From Octopus bimaculoides (taxonomy: Eukaryota), in the NCBI RefSeq assembly GCF_001194135.2, contig NC_068984.1, positions 54,237,678 to 54,301,677 on the forward strand: a stretch of 64,000 nt of DNA, in the 5' to 3' direction. The position numbers were made by a program, and so were the translations under genes. The number at the start of each line of letters is the position of its first letter. Positions within the stretch are counted from its first letter, which is position 1. Shown here in pieces: positions 11,545 to 24,184 of this stretch. The notes under the pieces were generated by a model. It was not told where the DNA came from. It saw only the letters and a program-made list of their open reading frames with translations, and did no database searches.

Positions 11545-13774
11545 TCGTGAATCTTTCAAAACAAATACATAAATACATTATTTCATTATGAATATGATTT
11601 AATGTCTCTATCACTGCTACAAGAGGGTTATTTTTCGAGTTCATGTTGTTTTCTCTTAAATCTCTCAGAATAAATTACCCGTGTAGAATGATGTCCACAC
11701 GTAGGAATTACTAATTTATTTACTGCTCACACACATACATAGCCAACTCTCTCAAAAGTTATTGAGATTAATTCTATATTTCTGTCCACTTTCCTAAGTG
11801 GTTGGAAGAACATCCGACGTCATATTTTATTTGGACATGGCCTGTACAGGTCTTATATGGAAATTGTTGAACTAAGTTTTTCTCAATCAGTTTTAACAAA
11901 ACAGGAAGGGAGAGGGAGTGCAACTAAAAAACCGACAGTTTGTCTGTTTGAATATATCTTTGAGACTTAATATATTGAGTAACCAGGTCTTGTTAATAGA
12001 GAACTTTAGGAAACAGCTCAAATTTTGCGACTGAAACCCTTACATTTATTTATTATTTATTTATTTGTTCTTTACGTCTTTGCGATATGAAATAGTCAAG
12101 TTTATGCTTTAACTAGCTAATTGAATTAATGATCGATGAATCGCTCATCTGGAAAGAGAACTAGTTCATGCCCGCCAGGAATACTTGCCTGGTAGCGTAA
12201 CTTTGAAAACAGTTTAAAATACAATAATTTTCTGAAATCTAAGGATTTGTGAAATAAATCTTACACTAATTTTAAAGGCCAATGATCACATCTAGCAACA
12301 TATAAGTTGCAGGAAATATCTTGAAGTTCTGTTAGCACAGAATGCTGCTGAATGAAGATAAGAGCCAAGGAAGGTCAAGATTCTTTTGGTTGCCCTTTAA
12401 TCTGGTGCATTTCTGCATATATATTTCAAATACTTCGCGATAATTAATTTGTTTCCACGCTAAGCAACGTGCAATTACCTCCTATTAGGAGTGAGTCAGA
12501 TAATATTTGTACTAAAATTCTTTCTACTACATGCTTTCAACTTGTTCCATCAACGCCCTTCATAACTTGCTTACACTTTGTTTCACATGTATGCTATATT
12601 AATACACATACATAGTAGGTGACGCAGAGAAAAAAGAAACAAAGAAAACAATGATGTAAACCAAATATTCACTTAACGAATGAACTGAAAATTAACCACA
12701 CAAATTACGCCAAGATCGGAAAGACCTTTCTCACATTCGAGTTTGAAATTGTCTGTTGAAGTTCTCTAAATGTTTTAAATTAGTACTGTGAAATGTATAA
12801 AGTAACCCTTCTGTAACTGCTAATACTAATAAAAGAAAAAAAGAATTGAGAGTGAAAAGTCCGTTTTCGGTGGAAAATTGGTAGATAATGTCATTTTCCT
12901 CAGAAGTAAATGGGAACTATATGTATTATCTGCTTAATTTATCGTTAGCATGTCAGTATTTCGTCCGTCTTCATGTTCTGAGTTCAAATTCTGCCGAGGT
13001 CGACTTTATCTGTTATTCTTTCAGGGTCACTGACATGCATTCTAGATGAGCACAGGGATCGATGTAATCGATTAGTCTCATCTTTGAAATTTCAAGCCTT
13101 CTGCTTATAGTAGAAACTTTTAAAAAAAAAGTTCGGTTGTGGTTTATAAACATTACAATCTTAAACTCTTCTGTTTAGCCAACAATATTGAATACAAATA
13201 CTTGTAAGGGAGCCTGCACCTAGACAAGCTAACATTGAAAAACAAATTTTAATGAAAACAGTGTTAAAAAATTCCAGAAAAAACATCAGATTGTTTGAGA
13301 ATATTAGTTTATCACCGAGGACCAATCTCTAATCATGAAAGATAATTAAGTTTATATAAATATCCTTGAAACAATCTTCGATATATGTGCTTTATTCGTA
13401 GCCATCACTACAGTATCCAATCAAATATACTACACACACACATCAGTTTGTTCGTATGTCTACATTTCATCTTGTTTATTTTCATCTTTGCCCCTCGTCT
13501 TAAATCACATTTACTTCATGTTTGTTTGATCATTTTCGTTATTGTGTATTTGTTTATTTCTTGTTTGTTTGTTCACTTTCTGTCATGTTTGGTCCCTTAT
13601 TCGTTGTCTCGCCATTTCCCGGTGGTTTCTTGCTGCCGGCGTCACCAAAGGGACCAATATTATCGTTGAAGGCACGAAATTATGCTTGACACTCTGGCCT
13701 ATAACTGCTGAGGATTTTGGGACCTTCTGTGTCTGTTTTCCGTTTGTTTGTACATTTATTATATGTTTATTTTT

Positions 13775-14013
13775 ATTATTTACATTATTTACATTTGACG
13801 GATATTTGTCTTCATCTTGTTTGTTGTTAACACAACGTTTCGGCTGATATACCCTCCAGCCTTCATCAGGTGTCTTGGGGATATTTCGAACATGGGTTAT
13901 CATTCCTAAGGTATTTTTCGATGTTGTTGTTATTATTATTCAGGTTACTGCCTGGAATCGAGCACGGAATCTTGGGGTTAGTAGCCCGCGCTCTTAACCA
14001 CTACGCCATATGC
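13775..14013 (-). mobile_element. tRNA-headed SINE-like element carrying a hammerhead motif (complete copy)
   Basis: A box TGGCGTAGTGG, degenerate B box, spacer, hammerhead motif, TGTAAATAA x2 tail. 3' part shared with the 54.6 kb copy. Confidence 0.65.
13829..13875 (-). ncRNA. Minimal Penelope-type hammerhead motif
   Basis: Minus strand reads GACAC-CTGATGA-A-GGCTG-gagggtatat-CAGCC-GAAAC-GTT-GTGTT: stem I GACAC/GTGTT, perfect 5-bp stem II, palindromic AACGTT in place of stem III. Confidence 0.7.
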
Positions 14014-14019
14014 CCACGT

Positions 14020-14183
14020 GCATATGGCGTAGTGGTTAAGAGCGCGGGTTACTAACAAGATTCCGAGTTCGATTCCAGGCAGTGACCTGAATAATAATAA
14101 CATCAACATCGAAAAATACCTTAGGAATGAGAACCCATGTTCAAAATTTCCCCAAGACACCTGATGAAGGCTGGAGGGTATAT
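14020..14183 (+). mobile_element. Second, 3'-truncated copy of the tRNA-headed hammerhead element (inverted relative to the first)
   Basis: A box 14025-14035, B box GTTCGATTCC 14067-14076, CTGATGA 14161-14167; ends in loop II at a TATAT run. Confidence 0.65.
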
Positions 14184-15936
14184 ATGTATTACAGTTCTGT
14201 ATTCAAGAGATGAGGAATTATGTACATTATCTATATATATTGTTATTTCTCCGTAGATAGAAAAAGAGAACTGGTTTCAATCTTAGTTGGAACTTTCTCC
14301 AGCGGCCATGTATTCGCGATTGTCTATCCTTAGTGGAAGATAAGCTTATAGCTATTTATTTCGTCAATGCAAAATATGATTTGCATAGACCGTGATTTGC
14401 ATATTGTCAGTAAATTAATCATTTATGCGCAAAGCTGCCCATCATTTGAGAACCATTGCCGTAAAGAATCGATTACCATTATTAGTATTACTGCTGAATA
14501 GGTTTGCTCAGCTTGAACAAATACACGGCAGAAAGTATGTCGACTGAACAAAATATTCGAATCATATTTCTAAGCATAATTTTACTTGACTTTATTACGG
14601 GACATATTTTCGAAGTATTTAGAGTTCTAACATTTGAAATCCATTGCAAATTAATAAAACCTATGTTAGGGAATATTTGGTTGTTACACTGCGTAAATCG
14701 AGTGACTATATAAGGTTTCTGGCGAATTTCAAGTTTGTTTTACGAGCCAATAGGACTATTTTGTCTATATTATATTAAGCGTAATTTCTCCGTCTCTTGC
14801 AAATCCTTTCAGCTTGCGTGTGCACACTAGCATTTTCTCTCTTCTTAGCAGGACACACTTATACGTAATGAGGTGTTCTATAGTTTAAAATAACGAGAGA
14901 GAACTGTCAGATGCCTGAGTGATACTTACTACGACTAAGTTTTTTTCGGCAAGACTTCCAGCCACCCTTTAAAGAAATTTTCTTTTCGACACAAACCCAC
15001 GTATTCGGCTTATGTGAATAGGAATCTGCAAAAAAAAAAAAAAAAAAAGGCAAAAATCGGCATTTCTAAATTACCACCCACCAATTTCCTNNNNNNNNNN
15101 TTCCGATCTAATATGCGGAAAAATACGGACATTATGATTCGGACAAAACTTTCAAAACATTTCTGTACTTATGGTTAGGGTTTTAGGGTTAGTGTTGGGG
15201 TAAAAAAAAATCAAAATGGAAGAAGTTGGGGGGAAAGGGGTTGAAAATTTTCACAATGCCGATTTTGGGCTATTTTCCGGAACCTCCGGATCCGAAAACG
15301 GGGATTTTTGGCAAAAATCTTTTTTTAAATAAACAAATTTGGGAGAAAATGGGGGTGGAGACAGAAGTCTTTCCGTTTTTTCAATTCTGCTTATTATAAT
15401 AACGTATTTTTGTTGTAAAAAAACAAATGAAAAATTAAAACAAAATATCTTTAAAAACTTCGCTCAAACGAACTCGTCAATTTTAGATTAAGAAATGAAA
15501 CTTCATTCATCAGTTCCTAAAGCAAAATAATTTTGAATAGCCTCAACAAGTTGTTTGGGGATGGATTTTGACTCACCTCCAAGTACACAGATTACTTTTT
15601 TGATTGTCGTCATTGCTACATAACATACTTTATGACAAACTGTATGCATATGAGTGAGAGATAGAAAAATAGACTTATCCAATAACTCGAGTATTTTCAA
15701 AAATCATGAATTCACAAGCAAGACTGTGAATATGGGACAGCCATAGAAAAGCTGGCCATACTTAAAGGCCTGAAATATGCTGGTGTTTTATATCCTCCGC
15801 CCCAGTGGTCTTTGATAGAACAGATCTTTGATCAACAGTGTTATAGTTGTAATATCTCACACACAGATTTCAAAGTTTGCTGTAGGAAAATTTTTTCTGG
15901 GAGGAAATTTTTTTATGAACCTGTTCGTCTTATTCC

Positions 15937-16315
15937 GTGGAGGCGCAATGGCCCAGTGGTTAGGGCAGCGGACTCGCGGTCATAGGATCGCGGTTTCGAT
16001 TCCCAGACCGAGCGTTGTGATTGTTTATTGAGCGAAAACACCTAAAGCTCCACGAAGCTCCGGCAGGGAGTGATGGCGAACCCTACTGTACTCTTTCACC
16101 ACAACTTTCTCTCACTCTTTCTTCCTGTTTCTGTTGTACCTGTATTTCAAAGGGCCAGCCTTGTCACACTGTGTCATGCTGAATATCCCCGAGAACTACG
16201 TTAAGGGTACACGTGTCTGTGGAGTGCTCAGCCACTTGCACGTTAATTTCACGAGCAGGCTGTTCCGTTGATCGGATCAACTGGAACCCTCGATGTCGTA
16301 AGCGACGGAGTGCCA
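15937..16315 (+). mobile_element. SINE family A, full length
   Basis: Near-identical to the other copies; TSD TCTTATTCC at 15928-15936 and 16316-16324. Confidence 0.92.
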
Positions 16316-16759
16316 TCTTATTCCAGACATTGTTATTGCTGTAGCTTAGATAAAGGTTAGTCCTGGCCTTGCAGACCTATGATCAAAAGGTAATCCTGTT
16401 ATGACCATACATCTTCCTTATGGGTATTGAATATCAAAGAAAACAGTATCCGGTATGACCTGCCTGTTTCAAGAAGATATAGCTGGTATTTCTAGTAAAC
16501 CTGCCTCTTTACCTCTATAGTCATGTGGGTGGCTGATTAAGCTTTCAAATCAGGAAGTCAATGTTTAGCTGCATGTAGTAGATGGTATTTCTTTAAACGG
16601 TAAAGTAAGATGCAATCAAGTATAATCCTGTAATTTCCTCCCATTTTTCACCAGAGTTGAATAGCAACTAGTAGTTTGTGGGATTCTTAACAATAAACGA
16701 CAACTGGGCTTGGCGCCCATTGTCTGTCTTCAAAGCAGTCAGTGACATCATCGTTAAAA

Positions 16760-16774
16760 CCAGCAGGGGGTGAC
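16760..16774 (+). promoter_or_regulatory. CTCF-like motif CCAGCAGGGGGTGAC
   Basis: Close match to the CTCF core in unique sequence, with TGACATCA 10 bp upstream; a single short motif could be chance. Confidence 0.3.
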
Positions 16775-17261
16775 TTTATTTCTGTAAAGGAAGTGACTGT
16801 TAAACTAAGTGTTGTGAGATATAATTTATCTAGCATAAAAATGTGTTTAATAATTATTATTTGATATTAGAATTAAAGTTAAAAATTAAGTGTTCAGTAG
16901 TTGGGAACAAGGAAATAACAGAAAATGAATATTTTAGCTATTAAGTAACGGATGGATTCAACATACTGGGAAACGAAATTTGTAACCGGTACACACTGGG
17001 ACGAGGCCACACCTTTGTAGGAGAAATCGGAACCAATGACACCCTGGTACACATGTGGTATATATTTAACATGCATGAAATACAAAGCCGGTCATAGAGT
17101 GGTGAAATGAAATACTTTGATGTATTTTGTATAACACTCTATGATTTCTGGATGTAATAAATTCACAAGCGTAGTACACACGCGCGCACGCACACATTCA
17201 TTGATGTGTTTACTTATCGTTATAGGGATAGGTAGTTTATCTGTCTTTATAGACGTAAGCG

Positions 17262-17636
17262 AGAGGCGCAATGGCCCAGTGGTTAGGGCAGCGGACTCGC
17301 GGTTTCGATTCCCAGACCGGGCGTTGTGAGTGTTTATTGAGCGAAAACACCTAAAGCTCCACGAGGCTCCGGCAGGGGATGGTGGCGAACCCTGCTGTAC
17401 TCTCTCACCACAACTTTCTCTCACTCTTACTTCCTGTTTCTGTTGTGCCTGTAATTCAAAGGGTCAGCCTTGTCATACTGCGTCACACTGAATATCCCCG
17501 AGAACTACATTAAGGGTACACGTGTCTGTGGAATGCTCAGCCACTTGCATGTTAATTTCACGAGCAGGCTGTTCCGTTGATCGGATCAACTGGAACCCTC
17601 GACGTCGTAAGCGACGGAGTGCCAACAACAACAACA
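17262..17636 (+). mobile_element. SINE family A, full length
   Basis: TSD ATAGACGTAAGCG at 17249-17261 and 17637-17649; (CAA)n tail. Confidence 0.92.
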
Positions 17637-18239
17637 ATAGACGTAAGCGTAAGCCGCATGGTTAAGAAGTTCTTTTTGCAACCATATGACACTGGGTTTG
17701 CTCCCACAGCACATTACCGTAGACAAAAGTTTTTATAAACGCGCGCGCGCGCACACACATACACACACACACACACACACACAACTGCATCCGAAGATAG
17801 GCTGACCGACTGCTAGGCATGAAGTGAACAACTTCTGGACTAAGGGCACCTTACCACCTCTCACTTCCTCTTCAAATGCCAATACAGTGGCCTACACCCT
17901 TCCGATCATGTTGGTGTTGTACCAGCTCCCTTCAGAAACTTCTAGCAGTTTTTGAGGGGAAGAAGAACTCGATTTATCGATCCCAGCACTTGATTGATAC
18001 TTATTTTACCGACCCCGAAAGGATGAAAGGCGGAATTTGATCTCTGAACGTCAAGACGGACGAAATATCACTAAGTATTTTGTTAGGTGTGCTAACGGTT
18101 CTACCATATCACCGCAATAACAACAACAACAACAATAACGATAATAATAATGATGATGATGATTGTGTATGTGTGGCTGTATGGTTACGAAGTTTGACCA
18201 ATGCCTTATGAGTAAAATTGTTAGACACAAACTGTTGTC

Positions 18240-18787
18240 GGATCTTTTTTAAAACGGGGGCCACATTTTTCATTAACGAAACACTTTGAAACTTGGAACA
18301 CTGGTAGAATGTGTCATATAAAACATCTTTTTCTCTTAGTCTTCTTTAAAAAAAAAGAAATCCATAAATTATTCCATGTTAAAGTTGTCGTATTTCTGTA
18401 ATTTCAACCAATCACTGACGTCCATTCAGCCGATATACATTAAGTGCCGACTACATAAACAAACGATTCTGAAACAATTAATCCTAACCCTAACCCTAGG
18501 GTTAGGGTTAGGGTTAAAGCAAATTTAAAATGAAAAAAGCAAATAAAACGAAGAATTGTTTGTTTATGTAGTCGGCCTTTAATGTATATCGGCTGAATGG
18601 ACGTCAATGATTGGTTGAAATTATCGAAATAAGACAATTTTTTACATGAAATAAATTCGAATACAAAAATATTTTTCTGTTCTATAACACAAAATAGATA
18701 AGTATACGAAGTTTGAAAGTCTTTCCGTACCAAAAACACTACGTAAAACATTAATGAAAAATGTGGCCCCCGTTTTAAAAAAGATCC
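18240..18787. mobile_element. MITE with GGATC...GATCC TIRs and 8-bp TSD, internal inverted telomeric repeats
   Basis: TIR GGATCTTTTTTAAAACGGGGGCCACATTTTTCATTAA; TSD CTGTTGTC at 18232-18239 and 18788-18795; CCCTAA then TTAGGG arrays near 18483-18516. Confidence 0.9.
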
Positions 18788-19282
18788 CTGTTGTCTTTAA
18801 ATCCATCTTATATACTTGTATGAATGGGTGTATCTCTATGTTTATCACCCATCACTTGACAACTTGTGTTGGTTTGTTTACGTTCCTGTAATTAAATGGT
18901 TCGGTTGAAAGAACGATAGAATAAGTGCCAGATTTAGTATTCACTGGGATCGATACGATCGAGTTACTCATTCATGCCGGTGCTACAGCATGGCCGGTCT
19001 CCAGTGACTGAAACAACTATCAGTATAAAATGAGTAAAAGAGCGTGTGTACATGTATGCGTGTGTGAATTCATGTATGTGTCTATGTATTTGTGTACCGG
19101 TGTAATACGGAGCGTTGTTTTGCACCTAATTACGTTGAACGGTAACTGAGCCATTCAATAAATAAAGATCGATAAGATAAATACCAGTTTGAAGTAAGCA
19201 CTGAATTCAATACAATCGCATGAAAACCTTCGAAAACGATGTTCTATTATGGTTGTAATCTAATGTCTGAAATCAATTAGAG

Positions 19283-19554
19283 TAGTGGTTCCCAAGCATT
19301 TTCTGGCTGCCGCCCTTTGGCACCCGGGCCCATATTGCTAGCCACCCTCCACTACTACCAACACAAACACAGACCACTTTCTGCAGCAAATTCAAAACAA
19401 CTGTATTTCACGAATAAAATTTAACCTAATTAACCCAATATATATTTTTTTTATATCCATCACCTCCTTTTGGCCACCCCGTTATCGACACACTTTTTTT
19501 CAATCACCCCCCCCCAAAAAAAAGGGGCACTACCACCGACTTTGGGAATCACTG
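19283..19554. mobile_element. hAT-type MITE
   Basis: TIRs TAGTGGTTCCCAA / TTGGGAATCACTG; 8-bp flanks AATTAGAG and AGTTAGAG. Confidence 0.75.
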
Positions 19555-19567
19555 AGTTAGAGAATAT

Positions 19568-19955
19568 GTTGTTGTTGGGCACTCTGTCGCTTACGACGTC
19601 GAGGGTTCCAGTCGATCCGATCAACGGAACAGCCTACTCGTAAAATTAACGTGCAAGTGGCTGAGCACTCCACAGACACGTATAACCTTCACGTAGGTCT
19701 CGGGGAGATTCAGCGTGACACAGTGTGACAAGGCTGGCCCTTTGAATTACAGGCACAACAGAAACAGGAAGAAAGAGTGAGAGAAAGTTGTGGTGGAAGA
19801 GTACAGCAGGGTTCGCCACCATCCCCTGCCGGAGCCTCGTGGAGCTTTAGGTGTTTTCGCTCAACAAACACTCACAATGCCCGGTCTGGGAATCGAAACC
19901 GCGACCCTATGACCGCGAGTCCGCTGCCCTAACCAGTGGGCCATTGCGCCTCCAC
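19568..19955 (-). mobile_element. SINE family A, full length
   Basis: Reverse-complement copy; TSD TAGAGAATAT at 19558-19567 and 19956-19965. Confidence 0.92.
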
Positions 19956-20707
19956 TAGAGAATATACCATGCCCTGAAAAAGATGATGATGAAATATAAA
20001 TCTCTTTTTAAGTACAATTAAAGCTTAGTATAGCTGAACCACTTCTACTCTCTTCCATTCATAGATATGCACCGGACATTCATAAGAAATTCCTTTTGCC
20101 TGACAGCCGATGCCTGTCTGCTCCCAGAAAATTCTCTTGGGAATAGATCTCAGGTCTTTGATTCCTTATCCCCTCATCATAAGGAGCGGCGGGAATATGT
20201 CATCACCGCTACTCCAGTAAACATGCATTCCTATTTTTGGGTAATTGTACCATTGCATTTTATTATTTACTCTTCGAGTTTTTCATGATGCAAGGTTTTC
20301 ATTAGCGCGTACTAATTGTTATCACCAGTAGTTTGCTCTTCGAATATCCCCTAAAAGAAACGTACAAATTGCTTCCGTTATCCTTTTATTTTCACTCTCT
20401 CTCTCTTTTTATCGTTAACTTATTTGTCCTCTTTTCCGTTATTTGCTCTTTTTTTTTATCCAGTGACTCTTCTTTATCTATCGCAGATATGTACAGAAAA
20501 ACAAAAGTTGTCTAAATAAATATCGTTAATTGTATAATAGAATGCTGTTGAGTATTACAAAACTGGTAGCTTTGGACAGAGTAATGAATAAACAAGAAAA
20601 AGTTTTTCTGAAAGCGAAGAAATAGCATTCACTAAATATAAATTATCTATAGAAAAACGAAAGACGACGGACAAAACGGATTAATGATTTTAATTCTTAT
20701 ACATTAT

Positions 20708-21040
20708 TTTATACTCTTTTATTCTTTTACTTGTTTCAGTCATTTGACTGCGGCCATGCTGGAGCACCGCCTTTAGTCGAGAAAATCGACTCCAGGTCTT
20801 ATTCTTTGTAAGCCTAGTACTTATTCTATCGGTCACTTTTTGCCGAACCGCTAAGTTAGGGTGACGTAAACACACCAGCATCGGTTGTCAAGCGATGGAG
20901 GTGGGGGGACAAACACAGACACACAAACACACCCGAGGCTATAGTAGAAGACACTTGCCCAAGGCGCCACGCAGTGGGACTGAACCCGGAACCATGTGGC
21001 TGGTAAGCAAGCTACTTATCACACAGCCACTCCTGCGCCT
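20708..21040 (-). mobile_element. SINE family B, internally deleted
   Basis: Reverse-complement head at 20935-21040 joined to the tail ending gactgaaacaagtaaaagaat; central TA tract absent. Confidence 0.85.
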
Positions 21041-21532
21041 ATGAATTGTTTATGAATTGAAGAAAAGTCAATAAACAGAAAGTATTTGTCGTAAAACAGA
21101 TAAAAAAAGAAAATCATAAGAAAATAAAATCATAACATTTCTACGAAATAAATGTCCCTCCCTACATGTTACACATTGCAGTTTGTATAAAATAATATGA
21201 AAATATCATTCTAAGAATGACAGCTTGTCAATGTAAATCTTTTGATTTATATATATGGTACACGGAACTAGTTAAGAAGGCCGTCTGATAAAGCGATTGG
21301 ATGGGCTCATCCTTTTACTAGTTTTGCCCCTATTAATAACCAGGATTGGGTTGGGTACTTCCTTGTAGCAAAAGAAAATGATCAAATAACTGACATAACT
21401 GACATAAAAATAAGCACTGAGGTCGATTTGATCAAGTTAATCAATGAAGCCGGTGTTACAGCATGACTACTGCTCAATGACTAAAATAAGTCCAAGAGTA
21501 AAATGTGTATGAGTATGAAAGAAAGAAAGAAA

Positions 21533-21568
<36 letters not shown>

Positions 21569-21588
21569 TTGTGTTTGTACCGGGTAAG

Positions 21589-22168
21589 GGATCTTTTTTA
21601 AAACGGGGCCACATTTTTCATTAACGAAACACTTTGAAACTTGGAACACTGGTAGAATGTGTCATATAAAACATCTTTTTCTCTTAGTCTTCTTAAAAAA
21701 AAAAAGAAATCCATAAATTATTCCATGTTAAAGTTGTCGTATTTCTGTAATTTCAACCAATCACTGACGTCCATTCAGCCAATATACATTAAGTGCCGAC
21801 TACATAAACAAACGATTCTGAAACAATTAACCCTAACCCTAACCCTAAGGTTAGGGTTAGAGTTAGGGTTAGGGTTAAAGCAAATTTAAAATGAAAAAAG
21901 CAAATAAAACGAAGGTATGGAGATTAAATACGCTTTACATCGTTTAATGAGCCAAAGGAGTAAATGTAAACAACTGAATACTTGTCAGTGATTGGTTGAA
22001 ATTATCGAAATAAGACAATTTTTTACATGAAATAAATTCGGATACAAAAATATTTTTCTGTTCTATAACACAAAATAGATAAGTATACGAAGTTTGAAAG
22101 TCTTTCGGTACCAAAAACACTATGTAAAACATTAATGAAAAATGTGGCCCCCGTTTTAAAAAAGATCC
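21589..22168. mobile_element. Second copy of the same MITE family
   Basis: Same TIRs; TSD CGGGTAAG at 21581-21588 and 22169-22176; telomeric arrays near 21830-21876; lacks part of the right internal inverted arm. Confidence 0.9.
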
Positions 22169-23570
22169 CGGGTAAGAGATAGTCCTAAAGTTATAAAATA
22201 CGAAAGGGAAACGAAGAAATTAGTAAAACATTTATAAGAAAATCGAAAATTTGGAAATAGTAAAATGTACAATTACGTGGTTTAGCTATATGTGATCAAT
22301 ATTTCCTTCGTTTCTTTATAGTTATTAAAAGAATATTGTCATAATGGCGAAAATCGGTGATGAAGAGGTGGATATAAAGTTTTAAGATAGTGACAAAAAA
22401 AAAAGGGAGAGCGGAGGGTGACTGCAGTAAATGAGAACAAGAAAAAGAAAGGGGTGGGGAGAAATGGGTTTTGAGTAAAGATGGTATTCAAAATAAGTAA
22501 TGAAAGCAATATTTTTATTTAAAATATGTCTAAATTGCAATATTTAAGATTTCTTTATCATTTTAGACTAGTCTAATAGGTTGTTCATTGTTTTGGATAC
22601 ATTAGTAATTATACTTTAGAATCATTATTTATGAAACACGGAAAAAATCGTATTTTTTTTTTCTCACTGAGTTAAATAAAACAATGAAGTAAGAAAAACC
22701 CCATTAAATCGTTTATTTATTGAAATTTTTTCTGTGATCTTTTTTTCACTGGTCCATTTTAGTTATGCACATGTCAGTCTATCTCCAGAAGACCTAGTGT
22801 TTATTCTGAGCTGCACAGTATGCTTTCCAGACACGAAACAAAACGTTTGCATTGAATAAACTCATAATTAAATACGTGCAAGCGAAGTGCCAGCGAATGT
22901 TTTACAAACTACAACATAAAAGTAAAAAACAAATGGCTTCAAGATGAAATCGAAGTGTTTTAATTGAAGAAATTGTTTCTATAATTTCGTAGTAAAATCT
23001 TAATACACACTTTAAAAAGAGATATTCATTTGCTTAGCTGTTCAATGTGGCAATAGCAACTCACATAGATGTGGACATGCTTTTCAAAGAGAGACAAGAT
23101 TTGCATATAAGCAAATTTTTGCGTACATCTACAGCAAAGAATTAGAAGTAATGTTGCGAATGTATTCGTTGGCTTCTGGTAGCTGTGATAACGACTGGTT
23201 GAGTTGAATAAAAATGTGTTTCTTGGGCTGCGTGAAAGAAGTAACTGACAACGCCAACGAACACTTAACAGAAGATTTTTATTATTGCACATAAAGTTAA
23301 ACTGTGTTGGTCTTTACAAATAATAAGACCAATAATTACATAGTAGGAGAGACATACTGCTTGGAGTTTACAACAAGCTTACTGATACAGCAATCTATGG
23401 CTGGCCCAACATAACTGGAAACGGTTGTGTTATATTCGTGGCGACGGAGGTTCTTGTGTGCCTGTCTTAACCGTCTTCCTAGGTCATCTAGCTGTAACAA
23501 TAATGGAGACACATCGCACAGCTACCGCCAAAAACTCCAGTTTTCTATGGCACAAAGAAGATTCTAAAAG

Positions 23571-23625
23571 ATTGGATCACGTGATGACTTGACGCTGATT
23601 GGTTGCTTCATAGACCGATCACGTG
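23571..23625. promoter_or_regulatory. Compact motif cluster: 2x ATTGG (reverse CCAAT), 2x CACGTG E-box, TGACG half-CRE
   Basis: ATTGG 23571 and 23598; CACGTG 23578 and 23620; TGACG 23590. Confidence 0.35.
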
Positions 23626-24184
23626 AAATTGCTGTGACTGTGGTTAGGGCGTGATGCATGACCTATTACCTAGCGGTTCGGTTTTGAATCACTGCTACAG
23701 TAACATTATCTGCTACTCAGATACCGTAAGTACTCGGGCATTAACTTCTACTGTCACAATTAAACGTATTTCTAAAATGCTCTTCATTATTGTATTTCTT
23801 TTCTCTAAAGCTCATTAGGCACATGTAGATATAAATTGTATTGAGTCGGTGGAAAAACTTTTACGCGGCCGCTCTAAGTTCAGTAGATATCCCCTTCACA
23901 TATCTTACAAACTAATATAAAAAAAGGATATAATAACGTCGCCTCTAATGCAATCACAAGCAAACTTTAAAATTACCTTGAATTTCCTTTAGTAGTGCAA
24001 CCGGCCTGATATGAACCATGTCTCTTGTTGAAAAAAGCTACTCATGCCTTTTCAAATGTATATCAAAAAGAAAGGCTGGCCTAGGCAGGCATAAGTTTGC
24101 TTAGTTAAGACTAAGCTACAACCTATAAGATGTACTTTCTTTCTAATTTTGGCATAAGGCTACCAATGTTAAAGGAGAAGCACA

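Noticed and set aside
13940-14085. tRNA gene calls for these heads and for SINE family A/B/D heads
   Set aside because: Acceptor and anticodon stems are incomplete and the heads run straight into repeat bodies; they are SINE promoters, not tRNAs.
16945-17100. Protein-like frames (MDSTYWETKFVTG..., FNILGNEICNRYTLGRGH...) as an alternative first exon
   Set aside because: No donor gives an open phase-2 join to exon B, and there is no recognisable homology.
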